From: Zygnema circumcarinatum SAG 698-1b
Lineage: Eukaryota; Plantae; Zygnematophyceae
Assembly: GCA_037447605.1 (NCBI GenBank)
Contig: CM074814.1
Coordinates: forward strand, 2,728,001 to 2,792,000
Direction: 5' to 3'
Length of the DNA stretch: 64,000 bases
Shown here: piece by piece, positions 1-15,600 of the stretch
How the letters are laid out: every line of letters begins with the position of its first letter
Numbering within the stretch: the stretch's first letter is position 1
Position numbers and translations under genes: made by a program
Notes under the pieces: generated by a model
Told to the model about the DNA's origin: nothing
The model's database searches: none
Seen by the model: only the letters and a program-made list of their open reading frames with translations

Positions 1-3000
1 TCAAAGTAGTTTGCAGAAATGCCTCAAACACTCTTGCTTTAGAATTTCACTGGAGATTTAGAGCACTTGAAAACTCTGATTCCCTCGCATCAAGGAGTGA
101 GGTAGCTCCTGTTATCAAGCTTCCGTTACAAAGGAGTGAGACAAATACCTTTGTTCTTTCGTAACCAAGAGTGGACATATCCAGCATGACGGAAAGCTTG
201 ATGTATGACCCATCGTCCTTGTTTATTGCATAAAGCTCCACTCGTTCTATCTGCATTGCATGCGATGGACCCACCAGCTGTCAACAGATTGGCCTCTTCA
301 AACACTATACTAAAGCAGCCACCTCTCTGAAGAAAGAAATTGAATCACCAATCGAGCGATTGCATGCACCATATAACTTGCCCTATGGCTATATATATAT
401 ATATATACATATAGCTATAATCTATAGCTTAGCTTTATTAGCATGCATTTCGGACAATCAGAGGACATTCTTAAGTAGTACAGACTGATTCAATAGGGTT
501 ACAACAAGATCGTAAAAGAACAACTCCAAGTCCGATAAGTCCCAAAACATGAATTTGAATTTGAAGTACATGAGTTAGCTGCCGACTCACCTTATCCTCG
601 AATGCCTTAAGGGCTATTGCTTTGTCAAATACACCGTCTGGGTTGAGAGCTACAGAGAGCCCAACATTATCCATGCTCGGCAGAGACAACATAACCGGTT
701 GAGATTTCTCCAAATTCTCTAGAGCTCCAAGGCTACGTATCACTTTGTTAGCAACCGAAGAAGGACCTTCTTTAATTTGGGCCGGCAGCTGTGCCGCATT
801 TTTTGCAGCCTTTGAAGCTAACTGTAGCCAGAGGCTGTCAGTATTCTGCCCACTGAAAGGTTCAATCTCAGCCAAACGGCAATAGAGGGGTACGGCTGTA
901 TCATTTAACACCCAGTATGGCACAAACAGGCGGACAATCTTTGCTGACACTTCAGTTGCACCCATATCGTTCTCCAAACTCACTCGTAATCTCCTGCTTT
1001 CACAAAAACAGAGCTTTCAATGCAAGGTTGAATGCTCCATGTATAAGAAACAAGAGGCTGCTTCGCACAAAAAAGGAAAAGAAAAAAGTCCTGTTTCATG
1101 CAAAATGGATAAGCTCAAAGGGACTTATTCACTACTTGCAGAGCACAGGTATGCGACGAACAGATGTTATACCAACAAGCAAAGAAAACGGATAGCTTCT
1201 GAAACCCAGAAACTTAGGCAGTTATGAAATGATGTAAAGGAGAAGCCCACCTCTTACTGAGAGCATTGGCAATCCAGAAGAAGCCTGGCAAGCTGGCAGC
1301 CCAAGGATCGGAAATGAGAACAGCATCCTGGAACATTTCAAAAGACATGGTTTGTCAGTTGAGACTGCGTCATTTTTTTAAGAGAGATAGCTGCCTTTGC
1401 CTCTCTTTGTCTCACTCCCTCTTCCTCGCCCTCTCTCACCCCACCACAACCCCATCTCCTTCACTCTTAACTTGACTTCCTCACTCCTGATGCAGTCAAG
1501 CCTATCTTGGAGAAAAAAGAAGAGAAAGGAGGCTTCACCTTTTCATGTTTCCATGCGCCCTGTGGTAGCCAGGTCAACATAAGCTGATTCCGAATATCAG
1601 CAGAATAAACATGAACTGCTTCTCCAGCATTCACCAAGGCATGCTGCCTCCGCACAGAACCTGCCCCAATTGGCAATCGAGCAGCTTTTTCCCATACAAT
1701 GCATTCAGACACACATGGAAGACGATTTTCCAACTTGAGCGGTGCCCGCACCGTCAGTCGCCAATCAGTGACAGGACTGTTCATATCACTGTATAGGCGG
1801 GAAGGGTCCGCTTCTATACATAGCCAAAAAGACTCGTGGGCAGAAGAGCATTCCAGAAGCTCCTCCCTTTTCATCACTTCTTTCATTGTCATTAGGTCAG
1901 ATAAGAGAAGCTGCTTTCCTGTGCTACCAACCCCATTGTTCCCCTTAGACTTATTCCCTTGCTCTGAGGCAGGCGGAACTACTTGACTCCATTTATATGC
2001 AGAGGTCCGTTCTTCGTCATGTGGACGTAACTGCAAGCACCAATCAGAGCCTGGGAGGAGACTCGACCAAGGGAGGGAGAGACAACCCCCGGGTTCAAGT
2101 ACACCCAAAGACAATCGATCGGCAAGTTTTCCATCTCCTTTTCCCTGCTCCTTTAAAGAGGAGAGAGAGCCCCCAGATTGTCTCTCCCTCGTACGGACCA
2201 ACCTGCGTCTTCGAACGAAGTCAAAAGGAGACTTTTTGCTCTTTGTAGAGAAAGCTGACACGGGTCCTTTGAGACTCTTAAAGTCAGTCCCATAAAACCA
2301 GCCTTCTGAATCACCCAAGCTGCGGTCTACCTGCCAGTTGTCTACATATTCCCAACCTGTTGGTGCTTTATTGGAGATTTCCTGCATAGGTTCAACATCC
2401 ACTTCCGGTTATATTGCCTGCAAGTGGTTGTTGGGCAGTGCTCCTGACACGATGAAAACTGATGATGAAAGATTCTAGAAAGATGATGCTTAGAAGTCCT
2501 CGGACAAGAATGAGAAGCCCTACAAAATTGAAACCAAGGCAAGGCACATAACCTTCAAACAGCAATACATGTAATGGCTACATATACTCTTTTAATTAGC
2601 ATCAAGTTAAGGAGTGAAAACATAATCAGGGCCGAAAGAAGGGGTTGGTCATCTGATACTATCGATTTACCTGAGAAAAGGTTGAGAGGTCCCTTGATGA
2701 ATACCGTGCCGGATCAGAAGGCAGCAAATGTCCAGGCCAAGCACTGCCCCATCCTAACAATGGCGAAAATCGCTGATTCTCATATGTCTCATCTTCAACA
2801 CTCTCCACTACTGCTGTGTCTTCTGAGGATAGCAAACCACTCGGACAAATGCACACATCTAACATCATATCGGCACTGTTCGACAAAACTGCCAAACTTC
2901 GCAGTGTCAAACACTTCAGCCCTTGCCGCATACTCATCTCCACGGCGAGTGCTTTAGAGTCTAAGGTTATGGGAACTGTCATTATGGCAGTCATAGTTCT

Positions 3001-6000
3001 CATGCCTGTCCAAGGCCCATCGGGAGAGGGAGAGAGCTCTATGACAGCATCTGTTGCCTGATATTGTTCAGCTTCTTGCTGCAACGCTTCTGGTGTTTGA
3101 ACGTGGCCATTGACTCCCACTATAAAAGCATAATCAGAGATGACAATATGGCCTCCATAATACGAAACGTCGTCTTCCGAAATCTGTAAAGGTTGGTCAT
3201 CAAAAATCCACGGCTGTTCAGAACTGCTCAGAATTGAATGGAAATGCATGACGAGTTTTGAGGTGATGGACATTGCCCCCCCCCCCCCAAAAGAGAAAGG
3301 AAACGGAGTGAATGAGCTGAGATTAACAGGTGAGCCGTCAAACCTGTGCAAGAGGAGGCATGAGAGTGAGCTCCTTCTCCTTCGTATTCCTCCAAGAAGT
3401 GTGCCCAATTGCAAGCGCAGCTTTCACAGCATTCCAGTTTGAATCGTTGGGTCCTCTGCCCATTAAAGAATCCATCGACATGACAACGCTTCCGACTTCT
3501 GAGCCTGCTTCACCCATCCGATCCCTTACTATCTTTATCACACTCATTTGTTCAGGAATTTAATATAATAGTTTAGGAATTTAATATTCCAGTGAGGCCA
3601 ACCTGGATGATGCAAGATTTTGGAACAACCATTTTACAGTCTTAGGCTCACCATAGGCGAGGTATGTCACACAGGTCCATGGACTATTTTTTTGAGGCTG
3701 AGACTGCGCTATTCACACACCAACCTGCAAGTATATTTCTTAGTTTATAGCTATTTCTTAGACTATGGTATGTTTCTTAGAATATAGTATGAACCCACCT
3801 TTCCCGGCATTTGCTGCCTGGTTTATTATTCTTAGATCCAGTTTGGCATTGCCCTGTTCACATATAAACCAAGCAGTAGAACGAATGCAAATCAGTTATG
3901 ACATCTGTCACCGAAAAGAAAACTTCAAGTTATGTCATTACGATTGTGATTCCAACATCCCTATAATCCAAAAAGCGAGTTCTAAACACTATTGAGCTTG
4001 CAAAATGTTGCTGACAAAAACCCGGATGCTACTCCTTTCCACAGAGAGCTAAATGCATCCCAGCGTTTGTCAACAAACTCATTCCTTCACTGCCAAAGGT
4101 AAATGAGAAAGTTTTTGCCCAAACCTGTGCAGGCACTTCAAAAACAAAAACTTCATTCCAAACCGCTGTAAATAAGCGAACTCCTTTATCCTTCGACTCG
4201 GATGGTAGAGCCCGAACCCCCCGAGTTCGAGCTGTCTGGGGAAGCTGCTTTGTCTGTTGTGCAGCGGAAACTTCTGATGTCAGCATAGTAAGGAGGCAGA
4301 CATAATCCTGGTCGCTGACGTCATCGCCGCTGACAAGATCCTGAAAGCAGTCATCAAAAAATGAGGAACATCTGTGAGTGGGAAAACACCGAAAATTGAT
4401 CATTGGTATTCCTGCCTTAAAACAACAAAACTGAGGTGTATGACGGACTTTGACCGCTCTCTCATCCTCCCCCGAATTCTCCCTACTCCCCCATCTCTCC
4501 CCTCCGTCGGTCTATCTCCTTCCTATCTCAACGACGAGATACTTTGTCGATACCAGCTTCACTCCCATTCTGATTGCGACGTGGAGTCTGACAAAAACTT
4601 GTAGAAACTTTACCTTCGCTTCTTTTATACGAAGAGCGATGAACCGTCGTGGACCACGGGTTTGCAAGTCTGCAGGTGAAGTCCGCAAAAGCTCAGGGAA
4701 CAGAAGGGGTGGGAGTGGCAAAATTGTGGAATGTCCCGATGAGAGACGCTGCACGCTTTGGAAGCCATCCTGTGCAGTTCGAGCATAAAGAGAAGCCCCC
4801 AACTGATTCTCTACCATCAAACGCAGTCCTTCTTCGCGGTCAACTGCTGAGCCCTCTCCCTGGTCAGGAGCATCTACTCGGCCCTGATGAAAAGGCAGAA
4901 AAGAGAAGATATGTCAACTAGGGATACAATACAATTTCAGCAGCTGCAATGAAAGACAAGAAACTGTATGTGGGGAGAGAGTGGTGGTGAAGGAGGAGGA
5001 CCTGCTGCAGAATTCTCCGAGCAGCCTGCTCGAGCTCGGCAGTTTTACTCCACGTTAAGGATGCATTTGCGAAAGAGTCTATTGCAGCGGAGGATACATT
5101 CACATTCAAAACAGTGGTAGACTGAATTCGGACGTGAGTGGCCCCTCCTAAAGCTGCAAGTCCTTCCGGGGCATCCTCCCTAGATTCATATCTGAAATCC
5201 CATTCGACAAAAGGAGCAAAGTTAGCGTAAATTCTGTATGTTGAAGCAGAAACTAACAAAGAAATGGATGATTGGTTTGAGTTTGTTTGGAGAACGGAGG
5301 ACTTACTTGAAGGTTCCATCGAATGGTTCAATAAGTGGTTCCCACACGCCCAACTGAGTGTTGTATGTGGATGCCGCTGCAGATGTGAACACGAACGCAT
5401 TCAAAGCTTCCGGGCGACCGTGAACTGTAAGATGGATCTTTGTGATAGACATATCCATAAGAGGAGTCAACTGCAAGAAGGAATAGACAAAGGGGAGAAT
5501 TAGATTTTCATAAATCCTTTTACTCCCGTACGCCGCTAGGGCTACAAACATGAAAGCAAACATGAATACCGACACATTCATCGAAAACCGGAAAAGCCGG
5601 GGAGTGAGGAAAAGCAATCAGCAGCAGTCAGAATGAGGAAAGGCAGGAAGTGCTGAGTTTCGAATGAGATTCACTTGAATAAGAGACAATTCATTGAGAA
5701 ACAGCCATTTTTGGAAAAGGGACTCACCACCCCACTGAAGTCATCAAACACAGTGATTGAAACTCGGGGAGTCTTTATTTGTGCGTCCAAATTATCTGGT
5801 TGTTTTGGTTTCTCAAGTTCTGCAAGGCTGTATGCCATTCGCCACGGTGGCTTTCTGTTGTCGGCATGCACAACAAAAGTGCTCGGCTGCACATATACAA
5901 CAGTTTATTCCAAACTTCCTAATCAGCACAATTGCCTTGAGCATGCAGGCAGGACTCATACATGCATTCGCTTTGATTAATTGAATCTTGTGATTGTGAT

Positions 6001-9000
6001 TCAGACTTCACAAGTTTTGCAGTCATGAGAAGAAGCGTTACTATGCACACTTCACGTGCTTGAGACAACTTACAGCTTCAGTATTAATCGTTTTTGTTGT
6101 GAATTGTATCAAAAGCTGGAACAGAAAGGACTGACTAGTTTCACGTAAATCATCTCCCTGCTCGGGATCCAACTATGCTTATTAGTGACGGATGATAATG
6201 GTTAATCTACTTCAGTTCAAAGGAGAAATCTGCCCATCATTCCTCACATCAGCTTTTGAAGCGTGAGATAAACATCAATTACCTGGTTGTCAACAGGCCA
6301 AAAACTGAATTCTTCATTCTTGGCGGGACTCCAAGACCACACAGCCTTCCCTGCAAAGTTCTTTTGGTTCACCAAATCTGTCCTTAGACATCGCACGCAG
6401 TCGGTAGAAGGAGGAGCAGCTCCCATTGCTACCACACAACCAAGAGCAACATAACCAGGGGGAGCAACAGGAAACCACACTCTCGCCTCCTCCCATCCTC
6501 TGGCAGAAAGCGTAGCCCTCAATACAAACTCTACAGGCTTTGCCAACCTCGGCTTGGCATTCGATGACTCAGTATCATCAAGAACAACAAGTCCTGCATC
6601 TGGAGGATCATATCTGTGGAACATTCGAAACACCCATCACCCAAAAGAAACAGTTAACAGTGAAATATCACATAGGTGATAGATAACACAGGTGAATGAA
6701 GCCACCCAAGTTTGGCCCAGTACATCATATGATACAGATCAAGGTCAACCTCCACCCCATAATGTTAAACTTAATGCTGATAGTGTCCACCCAGTATCTG
6801 AGTAGTATTGCTCGTAGTTATAGACAACCCACCCTTCACTTGCAGTATCTCCGAGAATTGTGTATCCCGTTGGTGCTTGGGGCCGCCAAATGGTAACATG
6901 GCGTTTGGATGGCCCCCCCTTGTCCCACCAAATGCGCTCAAAGTGTGGTGTAGTCAGAAAGGGACGGGGAGCTGCAGGCGTGGAAGCTTGAAGTCTGGAA
7001 GACCTAAGCATGGTCGGTTCACGAGCACTTATCAAACGGCTCTGCTCCATTGTGGACGACTTTGATAGTGTTGCCTGCTCAGAGCTTGTATTGTCCGAAG
7101 ACATACCCTCCATTCGAGCAACAATGAGAAGTTCTGGCCGGAAATCCCTCAGCAAAGTGTGTGGTGGTTGGGAAATTCCTTGGCAGGCAAAGAAAGTTTG
7201 AACTGAGTTGTCAACTCGCCATATGCTTGCTGGCCCCCACGAGTCATCCCCAGGTCTCGTATCCCTGCCAAACATCCAATAGTGAACATGTGACTCAATC
7301 GCAAAACAGTCTTCAAAAAGTATTTCCCTCCCGTTTCCTCCACATGAAATGCTGCCTCTAACACTGAAATACAAGACTAGTTCGAGAAGCAAGCAAACTG
7401 AACTGAGCTTTTGCCCAAAGTGACGATCATTTACTCTCTATTTATCATTTCTTCTATCAAGTACCCTGGAATAAGAAGAGAGAGAGTTCCATAAGGGGGA
7501 AAGAGTGGGTACATACGGGTCAAAGAAAACACAGTCAGCTGCAGAAGATGATGTAAGTAAGTCTTCTCTAACACAAGCCGCTGTTGTAGGATCTGGTGGA
7601 TTTCGTCCCTTAGTCACGAGGCAACCCAATGCCACATAGCCTTGAGCAGCAATTGGAAGCCAAATGCAGCATTCTTCTTCATCAGGGGCTATTCCTTTTG
7701 AGCTCCAAAGGAGTTTGAAGTTTCGTGGTCGTCTAGTTCGGCGATATCCCGGGTTGACGGCCACCACGGGGAGCAAAGGAGGATTCTTCCTGCACATGTA
7801 ATACAGGAGTAGCAAGATGTGAGCAAAATATGCAGGATTGGGATTGCCATCAAATTACGGTCGTCGAGTGCATCATGCATTCAGAAACAAGATACTCTCC
7901 CTGTAAAGTAATGCATCGTCTGACTCACGTTCTTGACCCACTTGTGATCATATATGCATCTAAATTTTGTTGAAAAGTCAAAGGTAATGGAGGAAACTGT
8001 GAAGGGCAGGAATTCCCAAGAGCAAGCTATTATATGGAATACCCCAGCCCCCTCCAAACAAAGGATATGGAGTGGAGAGAAATAAAGGTAGCAATGGCTG
8101 TCTATCGTCCCATTTCCCTTGCTTCAGTACTTAGCCAGAAGACCCAACCAGAACAGCTGTCAGACATTAGTTCATACCCGAGAGTGACGCAATCGCCAAC
8201 AATGCTATATCCTGTTTTCGCCAACGGCCTCCAGAAAGTTACATCTTGTGAAGGTTCTGAACCTGCATCAGCAGAGAAGAACACGGATATAAGTTAAGAA
8301 ACAAGCCTATCCAAATGCAACAAGTGAGCAAGTTTGAAATGCCCTGCAGGTGGAAAATGAAACAACAAACTATCCTGTTCGAGTAAAGCGAAAGGAAAGT
8401 GTGCTAATAACTTTGATACATTCCAATACACACTCAAATGAACTTTGGAACATACCTGCAGGACTCTGCCAGAGGCGGTCGAATTGAGTGCAGCGAGTTA
8501 CGATTGGGCCACCTCCAAGTTTGAGAGCTGCGCTTAGATCTGCCGACAATCGCTGCATGAGACGCACTACATTAAGGGGTATATGCAGTGCTATGTCGGT
8601 AGAGGTAATGTCCAGTTTGGTCTGCCCTTTCTCGCAAACATAATCCATAATAGCATCAAGCGGCTCAAGCACAGCGAGTCCGGCTGCATTCTCCACCATC
8701 ACTCCTTTGGCCGATGCTTTTAGCCACGTGTCGGGCCCCCGCATCGCCAACCTACAGCGGCCAACAACTAGTCAGCTTTAGTAGAGTCTAGTCAAGTCCA
8801 TAAATCAGCTCAGCTGCAAGGAATAAAACGTGAATATGGACACGGAACTCGACAACTAACAGACAGACAGTCAAATAGCCAACTACTGCAATGTGGAAGA
8901 TATCAAAGAAACGTTTTTCCTCTAAAAGTCCTGGAAAACCTTCACATACAGGAGATTAAGGTCGAGCTTTGCCCGCAATAGCTTCTCTGGCTGGAGAACA

Positions 9001-12000
9001 ATGTTTGCAGGCCATGTTGTGCTGTCATAGAATGTGAGCTCAGGAGCTATGGCCTGCCCACCCCCATAAGACCACGCAGGTCAGGTATTGCAACAACTGC
9101 GTTTCATCACATTGCTAACAATCTGTAAGAAACAAGATACTTCCCCTCCAAGGCAAGAGAAACCGAGGCATGGTAGTAATGTATGGGACATGCACTCAAA
9201 GCTTAAAAACCGAACCCTGCAGAGGCCACGCATAAGCAGCATCGCCCATGATCTCAAAGCCATAAAGGTCAATAGTAGTGCCCATTTCAGCAGCAGCCCT
9301 ACCTGAAAATCTACACTGAAATTTGAAGAAGCGGCTTTAGATGCTGGCTGAGAGCCTTTCTGAGTGTCTGCACTGGTCTCTTTGTCATGGGAGGATATCC
9401 CAGAATCCACTCCCGAACCGTCCAGAATCACTCCATCCTCAACTGCAGCACTGTAGCAGCTGCCGCTTGCCAAATATACGCAACTGTCAAGATGCAGGCC
9501 ATTCTGCCATTTGAAAGGAAAGAACCACAAAGCAGTGTCAATGTTTTGATGGCTTCCTTCTACTGCACGACAACAAAACAAGTAGCATGAGAAATGAATG
9601 AAATGCCACAGCAGGATGTAAGTTACGGCAGCTGCAAAATTACCCAAGAGAGAATCTAGTTCAAGGCTGTAATTTGACCTACAATATGCAGTACTTTCCA
9701 GTCATATGCAGGGTTTCCCAGCCCGGGCTTGAATCCAAGTACCATGTACACAAGTTTAAGAAATGGAAGCTCCCTTCTTGCTTAAATGCGACAGAGTTAT
9801 CACACCCAAGTAAACATACAAATATATCTTACCAGAATCGTCACATTTTTAAACCGTAACTTCTTCCCAACTCCCACTCGAATGAAAGGAACTGACGGAG
9901 GTCCAGAAAGCCCAATACCACTCTCGTCCTCCAGCAAGTAGAGTGTGTTTCCACAGCCATCATACTCATAATCATCCACGCTCGGAGTATCGGCTACAAG
10001 CTGCCTTTGAGGGCTTATCCATGCTAGGGTTTCTGTCTGCTTGTATGAAGCACTCTTTAGAAGTACATCATGCTGAAGACCTACGGGGTCCTCCCGAACA
10101 TCACGACTCGTTTCCTTCCCTGCCATTGCTCCTATGGAGGGAACAAAGAAACCCCCAACATCTAAAAGAAAGTCCAAGGCAACAAGCATTCGGGGCCGCT
10201 GAATACGGACGACAATAGACTGTGTGCCAGGCTTGCTGATCATATTCATAACTATCATGGTAAGACTTGCAGGGTTGTCATCTTTGAACCATCCTTGCTC
10301 TAATCCAGATGATCGCGTTGGGTCTGCATCAAGAGCTGAACCTAAAGCGAGCCGCATTTCTGGGCGAGTGCCGGCTCGTCGGTCCAGAATCGACATCTTA
10401 GTGAGGGTGAGAAGGACGTTCATCTCCTTATGAGAGGTGGTAAGGTAGTTCAACCACAAGCCTTGGATCTGCAGATAACCACAGCATGGTGACAGCACAT
10501 CATGTTGCATGTCACAACACAAAAAAGATTATCACAGCTGTTCCTCAAAGATATACAAGCTTGTGCAGGCATGTACCAGAAGTTAAAGCAAAGAAGGTGA
10601 GACAAAACGAAAATCTGAGTATCAAGGACCCGTCATTTAAAAAAAGGAGATAAGAAGTTTTGTAAGATATTGTGAGAACAATTCACATCTAAGCTGCGAG
10701 AGTGATGAAATTGTACCCGGAGTAGGGCTAGGGAAGTATCACGATGGTAGCCAGAAAAGAGCTCCAACTCTGCATGATGCAGGTCAACACTGACACGCAT
10801 GGTTGTGTAGGGTTCAGCCGGAGCCTTCGGTTTGGGTTCTTCTTCATCGATCTCCTCCTTTTCTGTCTTGTCAATGGCTGCTACTTGAGCTTTCCTAAAA
10901 TCTGATGGCAGTTGCGGAGGTTCTGCCATGTTTGCCAGGGCGCACCCAGTGATGAGAGTGTACTCCCTGTCAGAAAGCACTGCCCGAAGACGAGCCATCT
11001 GTAGACACAAGACCAGAAAAGTATCTTATCACTTGATGATGATGAAGATGAAGATGGAGATGGAGTTTGAGGTCGCTGTTCTTTTATGTTAGATAAGAAT
11101 TGTTTGCACAATCCAGTGTAAACGAGAAGCAAGCCCCTAATTCGCCTTGATTCGGAGGAAAGTGAAAGAAAACAACTTTTTGCCAAATCGAATTGTCGGT
11201 TTCCAAAGGTACACCTGACTTGACAAGTCCCAGGAAGTGAGTTTTGCTTGTTCACAACAAACATGCAATAATGAAACAAAGATAATTTTGGCTGAGTTAT
11301 TCACTTACCTTTCGTTTTTCTCGCTTTCTAATGCTTATGGCGATGCCTACATGGGACACTGGTAGATCTCTACAGTTTTTGAACATTGCATTGCATCAGG
11401 GTCCACTACAGTAAGCCGAAAAGCAAAGAAGGATAAACTCGTGTGCCGCTACACCTTAGGATGGTCAACGTAGCCAACCCCCCAACGGCAGCACCTTGGG
11501 CACCGCAAATTGCTCACCTCTATATGAACCTCCATTGTTGGAACGCGCTTAAATAAATCTCTTAAGCTTCGCTGCACCGTCACTTTGAGCCCTTCCATTT
11601 GCGGCACCATTGGCTCCCTTAGGGTCCCTTTTATTCCCACTCTCACATTGATGTCCCGACTCTGCTCAACACAACAATTCCACATCCGTAAGAGGCCACT
11701 GTAGGAACAAACAATGAATCCAACTCTGCAAATACTCAACTCAGGAAATTCAAATTCAGGACTTTTGTTCAGTCCCAGTATAAGCATTTCACACCTGACC
11801 AAGATGCAGTAAAGGACGACGGGCCAATTTTGCAAATTCTCAACTGATAGCAAAGATAGATACTGAAGCTGATAAATATGAAGGGTTTTGAAACTGCGGC
11901 TTTCAAAAAGTGAAGTTGATGCATGAAAAACTAATTCACAATTTATAATGCACACTCAGCCCGGTCGAGTAAACAGTCCACACCTCGATAGTAATCATAT

Positions 12001-12633
12001 CTACACGGACTGCAGAAGGGTCCTCTTTGTTGCCCCCCCGCCACTCCACATTACTGGACACTTGAAGATGACCAAGGCTAATCTGCATGAAACTGAAAAA
12101 ATCATACAAGGGAGTGCTGCAAATCAGCTTTCTAATCCCTGCGAATCTTCAGTCAAACACCATCATTAAGTCTTTTGCTCTTAGTGGAGATAAAAACGAA
12201 AAATGACACATAATCAACACTTGATTTCAAAGGGAAGAGAACGGGGCTTGCGGGGAGGCAGCAAATGCTCATTAAAAAGAGGTGTCTAATACTGCTGCGC
12301 TTTTACGGCTCTCCGATTGCTTCTTGCATACATTACATTCTTCAAGCATTGTGCAACTTTTTTATCAGAAAGAGCGCTTGATGGGTTTTTGGAACAGCAG
12401 AGCTTTGAAGCTGCAGGCAATCATAGTGAACATACTCAGAACTGGTGGAGGTATGAGGCATAATAATGAGAGGTGCATCGAGGGATATAGCCAGCTTCAC
12501 TCCTGGACTTCCTGTCATTTCCGACTGTTGAATGAAACGCTCAATCCCTCCAACAGCGTCCACTACACGGATAACCGCTTGCTGTGCTCCCGGCGCCGCT
12601 AGAGCCATAAAGTAGGCTGTCAGCTGTTAAAGA

Positions 12634-12677
<44 letters not shown>

Positions 12678-15600
12678 GAACAGAGTTTGCAATTAGTAAA
12701 TACGATTGAAGCAATTGCAAAAAAATGTAGAACGTAACAATTGCATCCACACAAAAGGCCCGTCACGTGGAAACTGTCCACCCTTTCAGACATAAGTCAT
12801 CGCCAATCTGTTCAATCTTTTCTCGTCGAACAAGCAAAAGTCAGAATTGAGGTTTTGGCATATCTTAGCATGGCCCAATACTCACCTCTGAAATGAATCG
12901 GTAGAGAAACACGATTCTCACAGCCGAGAGCTGTCCAGACAGGCTATACTCATAGCCTTCGTAATCATCGTCATCCGGACTAAACGAAGTGAACTCCAAC
13001 TGCAAGGCTTGAACAAACATGCCAAATTAGCTTTGCGATCTAACACCTTTGAACAGAAACCAAAACAGAAGATAGCACTGAAACCAAGCACTTCTTAAAC
13101 ACACCAAAGGACAGAGGTTGATGCAGGGAAAGGTGCATGTCTGGGCATGCCTGCAGATCTTTTTTCCAGCATATGCAACAAATTGTATGAGATGCATGGA
13201 GTAGCTTAAGCGAGCAAAATTGTTCAGGTACGTTTGATTCTCTCCTGGTGAGAATAAGAAAAGTTTATCGCCTTATTTATCATCCACAAGATCAGGAAGG
13301 AGTAAAACCATGAAGACAAACCAATAACGTGGGAATTCTCAGCTCGGTTGCTATAGGCCACAGGAAGAAGAGCTCTCTATCATAAGAGTTTAGCGCTCAC
13401 TTGCACAAGAGAAGCATTTGAGGGATCCCGCAAGTCGCAAAGCCAACCCCATTGATGAGTTGGACCGAGCAACATGTTGCAGAAACGCAGGTTTCCGAGG
13501 CTCACACTGATTCGCATGGAGCCCGGAAATAACTGTTCACATGTCAATGGAAAGCATTAACAAAGGCAGCCTCAAACTAGACAGGAACTAAACTAGATTC
13601 ATATAAGCACTGGGATCAATTCTACAATGACATGAACCATGGAATGTTCACACTTTGACTTCGTGCAAACAGCATGCTACGACTGTATACAAAGCTTTTC
13701 CTCCATGTTTTATCTCATTTCTTGGAGAATGTCTGCAATATGTGTTCCCAAACCGGCGTATAGCATGTCACCCTCATGATTACAAACGCACAAAAAGCAC
13801 CATCGAAACTTCTGTGAGTACAGACTTAGCGAAGTCGAGTTCAGTGAACACAGGCATGACTACCCTCCACTTGAAGATCCTTCTCAACATGCAATCAAAG
13901 TGTAGAGGGAAGGGGACAAGGTTACTCCTTCTCCATCCAGCTACTCCCCTTACTACTTTCCCCTCCTTCCCACTCAATCTTCCCCATTCATTTAGAAACT
14001 GCTAAAGGAAGTAGGCATCAACACTTTGAGTGTCATTCTTGTTAAGAAAACTAATTTTTTTTTCTCCTTCTCTGTTCTCCCTGCGCTTTTCCCGCTTACA
14101 CTCTCCTCACCTCTAACTGTTCACTGCTTCTAACATTTTGCAATGGGTTGAAAAAGATCATGCGACGAAAGGCTAACCTTGAAGTCCATGCTCATGCGCT
14201 CTTGCTCCAACATTGCAAGATGAGAGCCGTCCTCCAGTGTCAGAAATACTCTGGCCACTTCCATATTCATGTACAACTGGAAAATCACTTTCGATTTCCC
14301 TCGTCCGAGAAGCCCCTTGACAACACTGGACTCCAGACCCTCCAGACCATTAACTGCCACTGTTAACGGCTTTTCTTTAGCTGCTGAATTGCTGGTCGGC
14401 CCTGCTTCATCGGATGCAGATGCCCTTGAAAGCTGACTTCCCAGGTCCATAAGAGCAGCAACAGTTGGGCGGATCATAAAGAACTCCAAAGTTGACATCG
14501 TTATTATCATCTGCATGCTCCCATGTACCAAAAAAACAGGCGGATGACGTTTGCAGTCTTTGATGCGCCGCCAAATTCTACACAATGACAGACATAGTGT
14601 ACATAAATCACACATAGAAGGAGCAGGCGCTATTTCTCTGGGCACATTCTTACCTTCATATCCGTCCCATCATACTCCGGAGAAGCTTGCTGCCGCATCA
14701 GAAGCTGAACTTTCACAAAATCGACTGCATGATCAAGCCCATCATCCTTCTGCCCTCCCGGAAGCAGATAACCAACTCGCCCAAAGGACGGCGTCTGTGC
14801 ATCTAACGATGACTCCACATCCTCCAAAGCCAACTCCTCAGCGTCGAAGAAAATGTCCAAGTTTGCCTTGTAAATGCCACCCCTACTATGTCTAGGGGTT
14901 GAGGACATAGAATCAGGAGACCCTGGAAATTCTTGCTCAGCATCTGTAAAGTCTTCATCTTCATGGTCTTTGCCTCCTTTCACACGTGCCGGGGAGCTAC
15001 CCCCAATATCTTGTTTTTTTGCTAAAACTTGAGCAGCTTCTGCAACTGCGGGATCACTTGCTTCATTCTGAGGCTTTGTAAGGAGCGAGCGAGCCATGTA
15101 ACGAGCAGATGGGTTAACAGGCCCTTGCAGAAGGTCCTCCAATTCAAACTCATGCACACCCATGCCTATAGCCAAGTCACTCTGCCTCTGAAGAAGTTCC
15201 ACCTGAAGCAGAGGAACAGAATACCTTGGTGTTACAGACTCTTCGTAAAGCAATACAAATGCAAACTATTGAAGCATTTTGACAACCATGTGTTCTCCAA
15301 AAGTTGTCAAAGGGCTCAATCCCCTCGGTTCCCCCAAATTCAAGAAATTGAAGATCCATCACTAAAATTGTAATGAGAAAGGACGGCGGATGGCCCTTCA
15401 CCTAACTTAACAATGAAAGTCTTCTGCTTTAAGTCAGATTGACAAAGTGCTGAGTTGGAAATACAAGAAAACGTTTGACCATCATGCCTACGTACCTTAC
15501 CACCTGATGCCCTCATGACCAGGATATCTAATTCCTCGTCACTAGTAGAAGCGCCGTCAACCTGCAAACAAAAGATTGAAAGATACCTCAGACTAGGCAG